A stretch of 43,315 bases of DNA, taken from Octopus bimaculoides (Eukaryota). Below the pieces are notes generated by a model that was given only the letters and a program-made list of their open reading frames with translations, was not told where the DNA came from and searched no databases. Both the position numbers and the translations under genes were made by a program. Positions 15,282 to 28,110 of the stretch are shown piece by piece (the first letter of the stretch is position 1; each line of letters opens with the position of its first letter). The stretch is from NCBI RefSeq assembly GCF_001194135.2, contig NC_068985.1, forward strand, positions 44,890,485-44,933,799. The letters run 5' to 3'.

Positions 15282-15440
15282 TGTATGTATGCATGCATGT
15301 ATGTATGTATGTATGCATGTATGTATGTATGTATGTATGTATGTATGCATGCATGTATGTATGTATGTATGCATGTATGTATGTATGTATGTATGTATGT
15401 ATGTATGTATGTATGCATGTATGTATGTATGTATATATAC
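15229..15440. repeat. (ATGT)n with ATGC variants
   Basis: Directly visible. Confidence 0.95.
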
Positions 15441-15485
15441 GCACATACATAAGTACTTGCATATATATATGTGCATGAGTATATA

Positions 15486-15623
15486 TAGTCGTGGTCAAAA
15501 GTTTGAAACAATTAAAAAAAAATTGTTATACCCAAGCGCAATTCGATTCAAATAGAACTTTGGACATTTAATATAAAAATTCTAATTTTCAGACTTATGT
15601 TCCAAGTATTTTGGTCACGACTT
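15486..15623. mobile_element. Tc1-derived MITE, 138 bp
   Basis: TIRs AGTCGTGGTCAAAAGTTTGAAACA and reverse complement AGTCGTGACCAAAATACTTGGAACA; TA on both flanks. Confidence 0.75.
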
Positions 15624-15661
15624 TATACATTTTCCATGTGCATATTACTATTTTCGCCTTG

Positions 15662-16300
15662 AAATGCAGGTGACCGATGGGATAGATCCTTAGAACCATT
15701 AGAACAAGAGAGCAGGAAGCTAAGATGGTCCCCTGGAGGACTTTTCTCCTAAACCATCTTGACTATTGCTCCAAACGATGGTCACCACAAAGTGTGAGAT
15801 TCATATCGGAGTTCGAAGGTATACAAAGAAGGTAGCTTCTATGCGCCAAATTAGCTACTGGGAAGACTCAAGATGTTAAGACTTGGCTACCTGGAAAAAG
15901 GTGGGCAAGATATGCTGCCAATGTACATCGGGAAGATTCTGGAAGCACTTGTTCCAAACTTTAGCTTTGAAAGTTATACAAACGCTAGAACAGGTTGCTG
16001 TTGTTTAGTGACGAAAACCACTTCCCTGCCATCAAAATACATGACCACATGCTACAATAGCTTGGGATTCAAGGGGCCACAGCTCTTCAATATCCTTACG
16101 AACGAGGTGAGAGACCTACAGGTTTTAGAAATGAAAGACCTACATGTCTTCAAAACTAAACTGGATCTCCCACTCTCAAGTGTCCCAGGTGAGTAAACTT
16201 CATAGCAGGAAATGGGAGTGATGGTAGCAGCATCAAGCGCTCTCATGCACCAAATATCAATATCAGCTATTAAAGAAGGATTAATGCTACAGTTCTTGAG
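15662..16300 (+). mobile_element. CR1/L2-type LINE, decayed 3' end of ORF2
   Basis: LNHLDYCSKRWSP..EFEGIQRR, YIGKILEALVPN, FKGPQLFNIL, FKTKLD..LSSVPGE: the post-RT/thumb region of CR1-group elements. Confidence 0.8.
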
Positions 16301-16957
16301 CCGTAACTAAAAGAAAATGACATATATACATATATATATATATATATATANNNNNNNNNNNNNNNNNNNNNNNNNNNNNNNNNNNNNNNNNNNNNNNNNN
16401 NNNNNNNNNNNNNNNNNNNNNNNNNNNNNNNNNNNNNNNNNNNNNNNNNNNNNNNNNNNNNNNNNNNNNNNNNNNNNNNNNNNNNNNNNNNNNNNNNNNN
16501 NNNNNNNNNNNNNNNNNNNNNNNNNNNNNNNNNNNNNNNNNNNNNNNNNNNNNNNNNNNNNNNNNNNNNNNNNNNNNNNNNNNNNNNNNNNNNNNNNNNN
16601 NNNNNNNNNNNNNNNNNNNNNNNNNNNNNNNNNNNNNNNNNNNNNNNNNNNNNNNNNNNNNNNNNNNNNNNNNNNNNNNNNNNNNNNNNNNNNNNNNNNN
16701 NNNNNNNNNNNNNNNNNNNNNNNNNNNNNNNNNNNNNNNNNNNNNNNNNNNNNNNNNNNNNNNNNNNNNNNNNNNNNNNNNNNNNNNNNNNNNNNNNNNN
16801 NNNNNNNNNNNNNNNNNNNNNNNNNNNGATTACAAATTATACCTTCCATAGGAATAGGTGATGTTGATAATAATGTAATCTCCTCTTCAGGGAAATGCAT
16901 GGGAACCAGCTTAACCGTAAGACATTTTTAACATATGCGTTTTACTCCATTTACTAA

Positions 16958-16996
<39 letters not shown>

Positions 16997-18525
16997 ACAC
17001 ACATACATATATGAGCAAATGACTGCACATAAATCTGGAGAAAATAGGATTCGATTACTAAATATATATTGAAATAGTATTTAATTGAAGTTGAAAAGAC
17101 TTCACAAGCTGTTACTCGGAATTTCATGAAACCAGTCGTCAGACAGTCGTAATTATTTAAAACAATGTAATAGTTTATAAGTATTTATAAGAATTAAGTA
17201 TTTATAAGAGTTAATCCAAGGTGTAATCATTTGTGGTTGAGTGGGCATTTACTTTTCAAAATAATGGCCATCTGTTGGATGAAAGTGATTGACAGCAACA
17301 AAAAATATGTAAACATGAAGGTTAGTCGAATATAAATTAAAATTTCCGTTGTGTAAATTCGAACGAACGGGTATAAAAACACACTGAACGAGAAAGATCT
17401 TATCAGATTGAGACAGTGATTAATACTGTAAGTGGAAATTAAAAGATTAAAGTTAAAATAAGGAGAAATCAGGGAAAAATAAAGATATATGTATATATGT
17501 GTGTATGTGTATGTGCATGTGTGTGTATATATATATATATTATATCATAATGATTGAAGAAGTGCGGAACTCTGTCCAGTTTATTTTTCTTTCCCACGTT
17601 ATTAAAAAAGTCATATTACTTTGAAGAAATTTTAAATGAATATTAAAAATATTTAAACTATAAAGTTTATTTGCATAAATTATAATGCGTAATATTGCAA
17701 GATTCACTTGTTTTAAATATTAACTGTTTGAATTCCACATGTCAACAAACAGCTTTTCTTCGCGTACCTAAAAATGTAATAAAGCGAAAAAAAACAAAAA
17801 CAAAACAAGTGGGTAAACTATTTTAAAAAGTATTACTTTGTGCAGAAACAATAATCCTTATCTAATAGAATTAAGTTTTCAAATTGTGTTAGACTGAGAT
17901 CATGCTGGGGTAACACCTTGAAATTATTTAGTCAATAATATCATTTCCCATCACAATACTTCGTACATGGTCAGATGTATGTTGCATTATCAAGAGCGCA
18001 AAGAAAAGAAAATATAAAAATATTAACCGAGATAAATGAAAAGGGTCCATTTGCTGACAGTTGTGTCTGCAAAGAAAATCCTACAGTGATGCGAGACATT
18101 CATTACTCTCTTTTAATTGAAATGTATTTAAGTTTCTTTTTAATTGCTAGGTAAGGGACACTAGAAACGCTTAAGTGAATATAATGAAACAATAATATAG
18201 CAAAACTCAACTGTTCATATTGGTAAATGCAATTTATTAATTCCCACCAGAGCATCTATTTTCAAATTCACTCAAGTGAAGATTCATGAACATTTTCCCT
18301 TGACAGTCTCATCTCTTTTCCAATTTTCATTATCGTCTTTTTCAAATGTACCATGGATTATTTTACTGATTACAGAAGAAAACTATAACTGAGTCTTTGT
18401 TCAATTCATGAGCATATTGTCAATTTTCTCTGTAATTTATGCATCATATCTATATGCATATACAACATCAATATGCGCAACATATATGCCAGCAGAAAAC
18501 TGTCAAGAGAGCAGTTTTTCTGCTA

Positions 18526-18594
<69 letters not shown>

Positions 18595-18642
18595 TAATTG
18601 TATACATATGCATACATATATTAGCTTAAATATAATTATATA

Positions 18643-18791
18643 CGTGCTGAAAAGTTCCTGGTTCAAAAATCGAAGACGCACTGCAATGGGTATGTGAATC
18701 TGAGAGGGGAATATATTGAATAAAATTATAATTAACTGATCCTCATGTATTTTCTTTTACCTAAAGTCAGGAGCATTTCAGCACCCCCTCG
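18643..18791 (+). mobile_element. Internally deleted mariner (MITE), 149 bp
   Basis: The left end CGTGCTGAAAAGTTCCTGG and the right end TCAGGAGCATTTCAGCACCCCCTCG are inverted; TA flanks. It retains the transposase C-terminus ..VNLRGEYIE*. Confidence 0.8.
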
Positions 18792-20344
18792 TATACATAG
18801 CCATGCCTATGAAAGAGCTATTGGATATTAACAATTGCAAACAAAAGAGAAAGCACCCCCACTGAAAAGATGGCAAACACAATCAACCATGGTGACATTT
18901 GAACTCCAGTTGTAATGGCATATAACTAGATATCAAAAAGATATTTTCTACTACGATAGCGATTCTGACACACTACAGTCGTGTGACATGTTGTCGTAGC
19001 ATAATCTTCTGTAGTGCTGCTCTGGGTTCCAGCTTGTAGCACATAGAGCTACGATTATGTATGTATGTATGTATGTATGTATATATGTATGTGCATGTAT
19101 GCATGCATATGTGTATGAGCATATGCAAAGATGTATTATACACTCTATATTATAAATATATATATCATTTTCATTGAAGCTGAAAATGAGACTTTGTCTC
19201 GCGACTCACGTTTCATGTGATTACAATCTTCAGGTAAAAGTGCAATGAGGTGAAATTTCGACTATCGAGAAAAAAATCAGTTTCAGTTTCAATGAAATGA
19301 AACCATATCTTCAACATGTATTGAGTACTCTTCTCTTATTCGCCCGATGTACGTGTGTGTGTGTGTATGTATATGTATATGTATGTATATATATATGTGT
19401 ATGTGTGTATGTATATGTATGTATATATATATATATGTGTGTATGTGTGCGTGTGTGTGTGTGTGTGTGTGTATACTGATATATGCGTGTATGTGGGTGT
19501 GTTTTAGACTCTTTATTAAGAATGTCGGAAGTCCCTCCAGTAACAAGATAAAACAATAAAACAAAAGTGTTGTAAGTAAACAACTTGCACAAAGAATTTT
19601 AGTGGACAAATTTTGTAGAGAAGTTAACTCTCTACCCTAAGAGTTTAACCTGAATTGGTATACAGTATATCACGTTTCACTCACAATGGACGCCTGTTAG
19701 ACCAGACAGAGGGATAGCATCTACACAGACTGGCGCTAGTTTCTTTCACCATCACAGCGTACGTCATATGTGATGTTCCACTTGCCAACGTTTATCTAAT
19801 TATTATATGCTTCAGTAGTTCGCAGATATAAAACCAAATATACTAGATATATGCAAATACGTTATAATGCATCCAAACCATTTGTTATTATGGTTAAGTC
19901 TTTTTATTTGTCCATCAATACCGAAGTAGTCTCGTAGGTACTCCTGCACTTTCTCAAGATTATTTCTGCGTCATGTTGCTATATAGTCGTTGCCGCCATC
20001 GTAGTTTCGGTCCTAATTTTTGACAAGTCTTGTTTTGTTCTGCTGGGCTTCTTACACCCTCCACTCCAGGTATGCTCAGTGCCCTTCCAGTTTAGTCGCC
20101 CACGAACGAACTTTGTAACAAGATGTACATGATATACATGCATACATATATACATGGACACAGACACTCAGTCATGCAAATATACAAACACACATGCATG
20201 TATATCATGTATATATATATATATATNNNNNNNNNNNNNNNNNNNNNNNNNNNNNNNNNNNNNNNNNNNNNNNNNNNNNNNNNNNNNNNNNNNNNNNNNN
20301 NNNNNNNNNNNNNNNNNNNNNNNNNNNNNNNNNNNNNNNNNTAC

Positions 20345-20931
20345 ATTACAATTAAAATGGTAAAAGTTTATCAATCTATTAATTCATTAATAAATTAACA
20401 ATTAATAATTTTTACCAAGCCCTTCGGTATGTAAACACCATTATCGGTGGAGAACTTATTTAAAAGTTCTAAAACATTTATAAACATAATTAAGGGATCA
20501 GCAAACAGTTGCTTCACCACATACCGAAGTTCAGAAATAGCAGCTAAAAAGCTGAGACTCCAACAGATAGCATTACTTGTAACTCACAAAGGCAAAACAA
20601 GAAGAAAAAACAATGAAAACTAACCAGTCGAAGTTAATCATAGACGCGTTTCTGGATTAGGAGCGATAACACTCCATTTCCTTCATCGGTATGATACTCT
20701 AGTTGTACATTCGACGGTGCTAGCAAACTGTGCATGCATGACGAGTGAACATCATGCATCGGCACAACCTGAAAACACATCCGAACCTACATAGGCCAGC
20801 CTATGTTTTTTCTTCTTGTTTTGCCTTTGTGAGTTACAAGTACTGCTATCTGTTGGAGTCTCAGCTTTTTAGCTGCTATTTCTGAACTTCGGTATGTGGT
20901 GAAGCAACTGTTTGCTGATCCCTTAATTATG
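20345..20931 (-). mobile_element. Penelope-like/retrozyme-like fold-back element
   Basis: 128-bp inverted arms (20485-20612 and 20804-20931, one mismatch), a hammerhead motif in the spacer, a paralog at 35793-36072, and microsatellite flanks. Confidence 0.65.
20637..20695 (-). ncRNA. Type I hammerhead ribozyme motif (U4C variant)
   Basis: AUCAUA-CCGAUGA-AGGAAAUGGAGUGUUAUCGCUCCUAAUCCA-GAAA-CGCG-UC^UAUGAU: 6-bp helix I, helix II GGAGUG/CGCUCC plus GGA/UCC, palindromic ACGCGU helix III, GUC cleavage triplet. Confidence 0.75.
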
Positions 20932-20938
20932 CATATAT

Positions 20939-20972
<34 letters not shown>

Positions 20973-21799
20973 TCAAAAGATAGATATGGATAAAATTCGC
21001 TCTCCAGCTTTTTATCTAACGTCATAACGATTTCTGTACCATAAAATTTGGTATCACTCATCTGGAAGCGTTACAGGAGAAAAAGAGAAGGATATACACG
21101 AGTTATGCCTTCACTGCTAGATATAGCAGTATAATTTTTTCTGTATATTTGAAAAAGAAGAGTACACTGGCTAATGTAGCTCTGATTGTCAGTGATTCAA
21201 AGCTTTTACTCATAGTTCTGTTAGAATAGGTTAACCTGGGGTTAAAGAACTAGAACAGTAGACGTAATATTTCATTAGGAAATTATACAAGATTAGAGCG
21301 GACAAAGTCGATCAAAGAAATGACGGAGCTTTTAGCAACGCTACATGATCCTCCGCTTGGTATTGTTGCTTCATTATTATCTATTATTCAAAACACTGCA
21401 TCTAATTGCGTATAATTATACAACTGAGACTTGCCCGAATCTTTCTAGTTTTCCTATTACTGACCAAAGCAAAAATTAGGATATAACAAAAATAAATAAA
21501 TAAATAAAAAGGAAAACCATGATATATCAGCAAAACGATCCAAAGTGGCTCAAGCTATCATACACACACGACAAATGCATTGAGTTTTGGTGAACAGATA
21601 TCATATGACTCGAAGAAAATCTGAAATTTTTACAAGGTTCTAATGATTGAAACATTAATGTATTATAAAATCGGGGAGAGACAACAAAATAAGAACTTGA
21701 TACGATAGTTGCATCGGTAACTATAGAGTTCTAGCTACAAACCAGACGAGACAACACGTGCCTTATATCTAGCACACGTGTCATGTAGGAATACACACA

Positions 21800-21911
21800 A
21801 CATACACACAAACACACTCACATACACACACACAAACATACATACATACATACATGCATGCATGCATGCATACATAGCCTCCTCTCTATTTATATATATG
21901 TATATATAGTG

Positions 21912-22002
<91 letters not shown>

Positions 22003-22276
22003 TTATATATAAACGTATATATTTATACACATGCATATACATACGTACACGCACACATGAATGTATAAATATATATGAATGCATAAACATATATGAATGT
22101 ATAAATATGTTGTATATTCATAGTTACATATACTTATGCATATCACTATGTATAAACACATACACTTACGTGTGTGTGCCTGTGTATGCCTTAGTTGTAT
22201 ACACGTATGTATTTATAATACAACATATGTATTAATATATATTTGTATATATACATATACATATATACATATATAT

Positions 22277-22357
<81 letters not shown>

Positions 22358-22400
22358 CGTATTTACATACATAGTTGTACGTATGTGCGTGTGAATTAGT
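21800..22400. repeat. (CA)n/(CATA)n/(TA)n microsatellite cluster
   Basis: Directly visible. Confidence 0.95.
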
Positions 22401-23578
22401 CATGTCAGCATGCGCTTGAAATATAGCTTTAGACCATTAATAATACAAACATACAAGCATGCATTTATACATAATAAACGCACCCCCACATTCCCTACCC
22501 CTCTCACTGTCTTTCATACACACTTACACACACTCATCCGCAGACACACACACACACACACAAATGTGCACTTACATGCATTTACCTACAACAACACTTT
22601 ATGAAATAGTATATTTGTCATGTCGGTCAACGATTGGTCAATGATGAGAATTATAAATTAACGTTGACAATATAACGGTCATAGTCTGTTCTGCTTTTAT
22701 TTGAACATCGGAATAAATCGTCTACATACCATTTTGGAAATGTGATCCTCTATTACAAAGACATTAACGATTCAGGTTTTGCTTTCTCTCTGCCGACATA
22801 TAGGTCTATATAACAAAAAGCTCGACATTTAAAACGTCGCTGCTCTCTGACAACAACTAATGTCAACTTTAGCCACTCAATTTGGTTTCGCTTCTTCCAG
22901 ATTCGAGCAAGTCGACACCTGCCTTACACAAAAATCTGACAAAACTATAAAATATATATAACAAAAAATAGATGAGTAAATAAAATGCAATAAAGCAAAA
23001 AGCGACTAGCTAATATAAAAGTGAACATCTGCTTGTGAATATTTCTGAAATGGGATAGTGCTATCCCGATCTCTCTGCTTCATTTTGAATTTAGATGTCG
23101 GAAGCGAGAATGAGTATCTCGTCCATCATTGCATTCTGTTGTTATTAATACGAAAAACGAATTTCGTCAGTTTATTCTAGCATTCGAGTTAAATTCACAT
23201 AAATTAGCTTTCGTTGTTATGCGTAATATATTTTATTCTATTTCATTTTATTTATTTATTTATTTGTTCATTTGTGAACAACGAGTTTAAGTCACGAATT
23301 AGGTAGTCTTTCTAATTCTCCTATATCATCCAGCATTTATTTTAGTCATTCATATATTCACTTATTCATTTACAGAGACAAACATACATTCACATTAGAC
23401 ACACATGCACACACGCACACATGCTCATACACACACACAGACACACACACTCTCTCTCTCTCTCACACACACAGACAGAGGCGAAAATATTCACACATAC
23501 ATGAATGCAGTGTTAGTATAACATATTTCCGATAAGTTCTGAATTTATCGCATATACTAGCAAATACAACAACAACAT

Positions 23579-23769
23579 TATTCTTTTTCTACTCTAGGTA
23601 CAAGGCCCAACATTTTGGGGTAGGGGACCAGTCGATTAGATCAACTCCAGTACGCAACTGGTACTTAATTTATCGACACCAAAAGCATTTGAACTCAGAA
23701 CGTAAAGACAGACGGAATACCTCTAAGCATTTCGTCCGGTGTGTTAACGTTTCTGCCAGCTCGCCGCCT
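23579..23769 (-). mobile_element. SINE family B with internal deletion
   Basis: The minus-strand head AGGCGGCGAGCTGGCAGAAACG and GAGTTCAAAT are present; the core is partly deleted. Confidence 0.85.
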
Positions 23770-25800
23770 TGAGCAGTGACAACATTGACAAGCAAGATAA
23801 AACATTGAAACAAACACGACCCACCACCACTTTCATCACAAACGCAAATTTTTATAAAACAAAAACGGTGAACACCGAAATTTGTAAACACTGTTGAATC
23901 GGATTTACAAAGGTATGCAGAAAACTAGATGTAGATTTTTTTATCAGAAGAAAAATAAATGCAAAAACTCATCTCGTCAAAATGGCAGAACAATACGCTC
24001 AAACACACAGCAATAATTTTGAGAAGACAAAAACAAAGATATACATTGTATTGAACTCCAAATGAGGCGCCTTGAGTGAGTGATGCAGGCACAGGTTGAA
24101 AAGTGTCTTAAATCTGGGAAATAAAAACCTATCTTTTCATGTCCCAGTTTGATTTTAAACAAAAAAAGATGTGAAGGAAAATTAGAGGTCAATATGAAAG
24201 AGAAACCAACTGGTCCTGCTTCGATAATACCGTAGTCGAGAGTGGTAAACGTATAGGTGGCTTGGTATCACCTCAGGTAAGTATTCTACAGTCCCACAGG
24301 CCTGGAAAGGAAACTTCATCAGACACAGTGATGAAATTATGAATCCATTTAGATCAAGAAGTATGGAGGCCACCCATGGCCTGATCCACCTCCTAAAATG
24401 CTTGTTGTTTTTTTTTACAGAAGTTGAGAGCTGAGGGCTGAGATGTCATATATGTGCGGACGCAAGCCATCTAAGGAGCTCTCTGTCTATTGGAAAAAGA
24501 AAGACATAGGAAACTCTTTGTGCTGCCGACAACTTCACATCGACAGTAACGTTTGCAACAAAAGTAGCAGCAGCATCAACTACTGCAGTATCAACGATAG
24601 AAGTTCCAAGAGCTGCAGAACCAAAAAGAACAATAGAAACGTACTCAATAATATCATAAATCAGGAAAAAAGTATGACGAACAGCACCACAGCCCGAAGA
24701 GACGATACACACATTGTCAGCCAGGCAACAAACACTAACATACTCAGTTGCACTGATATGTCTATTCACTTTGTCGTGGATTTCACTGAGTACAAAAATT
24801 CGCCTTCTGAAAAATTCCTTTTGAAAGACTTTTGAAAATGAAATACGTTGCATCAGAAAAATCACGAACAGTGTAAATGAAGAGACATAGAAACCGACAA
24901 TCACACACTCACACGCCCCAAAACCAACACAACCACAAATACAAGCAGTACTTGAGACACCACCAATAATACAAACAACACAAGAAACGAAAACACAAAC
25001 CAATCCACACTAACACCAAGAACAGCATGCTTAATGAAATATATACATCAAGTTCACAAACATTCCCCACAATGACTATATAACACCACCATATTACATT
25101 AAAACTCATATTAAAATCATAAAAAACAAGCGAAGATACATATGACAGGTTGAAAAAATTTCCAAAAACTGTTACTAGAAAAGCAGCTTATAGTCGGAAG
25201 CACGGGACACCTGTCCTACGGAAACTAGGTAAGTGGTCCTTCTCACTTTTCTCCTTCTTGCTGAATATGACCGAACACAAAATAAAGAGTGTGAACGCAT
25301 GTAGCTCGAGGTCACCTTAGAAACAGAGCCGCCTGCATAACACCCTCATGTCGTTAGATATACATACAGTGCCAGAAATTCCGTCTCAAAAGGTCCCATG
25401 CCTGCTTTCTGTGTATACAGGATTTATTTATCTCCAAGTCGTCCAAGATTGTTGCTTCAGAAGGATCTGAATCTCAGGATATGGGTCATCTTCTTGAACG
25501 CAGAAGGTAAATTGGTGGTCTTTGTTGAGAACCGTAGCGAAAGTGAAACCTTCAGTGTAGTTGCTGTTTATGAAGCACAATCTGATTTCTTTAAGCGTTT
25601 GGAATCTCCTTGGAACTCTTCACTCTTTAGTAGTGCTAGCGTTGCCTTCCAGAATATTTGTTGAAGGATGAATGAGAGTGGCTAGGACGGTCTGACTGAA
25701 TAGGCCTGCGCTTAAAGACAGAGAGAAGGGATAAGGAAAGGGCACTTGTGCTAGTAGTCAGGGTGGCTGTGGTTTTGTGGAGAAAATATTTCTTGTTTGA
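23770..25800 (+). mobile_element. Tx1/L1-like LINE, decayed 5' part (ORF1 plus APE endonuclease of ORF2)
   Basis: ORF1 remnant from ATG 23982 (MAEQYAQTHSNNFEKTK..QVEKCLKSGK, a decayed zinc knuckle near 24490, a Thr/Ala-rich linker). ORF2 from ATG 25267: MTEHKIKSVNA..., EGKLVVFV..FSVVAVYEAQSDFFKRLE, an APE-like pattern. Many stops and frameshifts. Clade assignment is inference. Confidence 0.6.
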
Positions 25801-25967
25801 ATCTTTTATGTTTTTTGTTTTTTTACTATCTACACACTTTTATGTATGCTCGCATCATATTGTTTTATACCATCCTGCAAAATTTTCGATCTTTTTGTAA
25901 AACCGCAGGGGTTAATAAAAAAACTATTGTCTTCTTCCTCCGCCTTCCTTGCCATCATCATCATCAC

Positions 25968-26034
<67 letters not shown>

Positions 26035-26037
<3 letters not shown>

Positions 26038-27732
26038 TAGTCTTATTTTTACAACGCGCATTTACTGCACTAGCGAGCGCATCTCTGTGTGCTTTGGGTA
26101 TGTGCTGTGGTTTGCTGTGATGCTCTTATGGTTACTGTATTGAAAGTGTTTTAAGTAGGATGTGTGCGGTGCCTAGTAGTGCTATTTTCTGTATGTTATA
26201 TATATTCGTTAGTCCTGATGCTTTTGTTATGTGTTTGAATTTTTTTATCATACCTAATGCGCCTACTATGATAGGAATTGTTTCTGTTTTTAGATTCCAC
26301 ATTCGAGTTACCTCTATTTCCAGGTCTTTGTATTTTGAAAGTTTCTCCCTTTCTTTTAGAGAAACGTTGTCCTCTGTTGGTATTGATACATCAATTAGAA
26401 AGCATTTCTTTACTTCATGACCTCTGACAACAATATCTGGCCTCTTGGCCTTAATTTTTCAATCTGTGTGTATTGGCATATCCCATAGCATTGTTACTTT
26501 CTCATTTTCTGTGACCTTTTCTGGTGTGTACCAACACCATCTTTTTTCTGTTGTTATTCCACAGTGTTGGCATAGCATGCAGTGCATATAGGTCCCAACT
26601 CTGTCGTGTCTGTGAATATATTCCTTCTTAGCCAGGACTGGGCAACCAGTGACAATATGATTTATTGTTTCTTCTCCATCTCCACATATTCTGCAGTTAC
26701 TTGTTATATTTATTTTCATTATATGTTTTTGGTAATTTCTGGTGGGGAGGCTTTGGTGTTGTGCTGCAATTAAAAATCGTTCAGTTTCTGATTTGAGTCC
26801 TGAGCTTCTCAGCCATTGTTGGGATTTGTCTCTGTCTATTTCTTTTGCGTTTAGTTTAATTCACTATTTGCCACGAAGGGGCTTTTCTTGCCATCATTTT
26901 ATCATGGTCCGTTGCTGTTCTACTTTTAGTTTGGATTTCATTTGTTTTACAGCCTTTGTTGTTTCTTCTTTTTCTTCATAGTTGTTAGGTAGTGTGACTT
27001 CTTATTTGTATTTGTCAGCTTCCTTAAAGACTGAAAACAGTTTTTTGTTTTGTTCGTGTTTTGTGGTTATTTATATTAATTTTCCTTGCTTCTGAAATAG
27101 GTATTTTTGTAGTTTTTTGTAGTCCTATGGTAGTTATTTTGTAATAGTTTTCCAGCTGTATAAGGCCTCTACCGTCTTCTATACGTTGTATATATAACCA
27201 TTCTATGTCAGATTATAGGTGGTGCATCCTCAGTCCTGTCATTATTTTAGTGTTTTCCTGTCTATTTTGATTAGTTCATTTAGTGTCCATTTAAGGATAT
27301 TGTAGCTATAACTTATAACTGGGACGGCTAAAGTGTTGATGCCTATTATCTGGTTTTTCACATTGAGCTCGTCTACTGTAATCTTTTTTTTATTTTCTCT
27401 TTCATTTGTGTGTGTTGTATTACGATACAACACACACAAATGATTAATTCCTAAATATTTGTATATAGTAGTGTTTCCAGCTGTTTATCATTTGTAGCGT
27501 ACGGTTTTAGGTCATCCATACATAAAAGGTGGCTGATTGTTTTGCAGTAACATTTGTATCCGCATCCAGTTTTATTTGCATGTCAGATAAAGTTGTCAGT
27601 GCCAAGCAAAACAGGAGTGGAGAGAGCGTGTCTCCCTGGAATATTCCTCATCTAATGGGGATGGCTTTGGTTTTCACGAGTTCCTCTTTTGCTTAGAGCT
27701 GTAACACTGCCTGCCATTTATTCATAGAGTGT
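26035..27732 (-). mobile_element. R4/Dong-clade non-LTR retrotransposon, 5'-truncated, decayed
   Basis: RT motifs GIFQGDTLSPLLFCLAL and ISHLLCMDDLK; CCHC knuckle CRICGDGEETINHIVTGC; HRHDRV; KRPDIVV..LIDVSIP; KLSKYKDL; IQKIALLGTAHIL; stop at 26132-26134. (ATT)n at 25969-26034 and 27733-27798. Confidence 0.9.
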
Positions 27733-27742
27733 ATTAGTATTA

Positions 27743-27798
<56 letters not shown>

Positions 27799-27884
27799 TC
27801 ACTTGTCTCATTTAGATTCCATACATGTGCTGCATATTCGAATGCACTTCTATATATTTTGAGATATATTCATATTTGTTGCGA

Positions 27885-28110
27885 TGACGTTGGCCAGCTG
27901 GTAGAATGTTTGTCCCGCAGAACAAAATGCTGCACGGCGTTTCTTCCCGCACATTATTGTGCGAATTTTAATTTCGCCGAGGTCGGCTTCACTTGTCATT
28001 CTTTCGGGGTCGATAAAATAAGTGCTACTTTAGCACTTGGATCGATGTAACTAACTTCACCTCTCATCTCAAAATGTTGCTGGTCAAGTGACAGAATTTG
28101 GAAGAATTAT
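27885..28110 (+). mobile_element. SINE family B, diverged
   Basis: CGCCGAGGTCGGCTTCACTTGTCATTCTTTCGGGGTCGATAAAATAAGT core. Confidence 0.8.

Noticed and set aside
16843-16884. Third 42-nt minus-strand exon candidate
   Set aside because: Weak donor (GTATAA), all three frames open, adjacent to a gap.
22885-22990. Plus-strand acceptor CTTCTTCCAG followed by AATAAA
   Set aside because: All frames stop within 20 codons; no partner exon.
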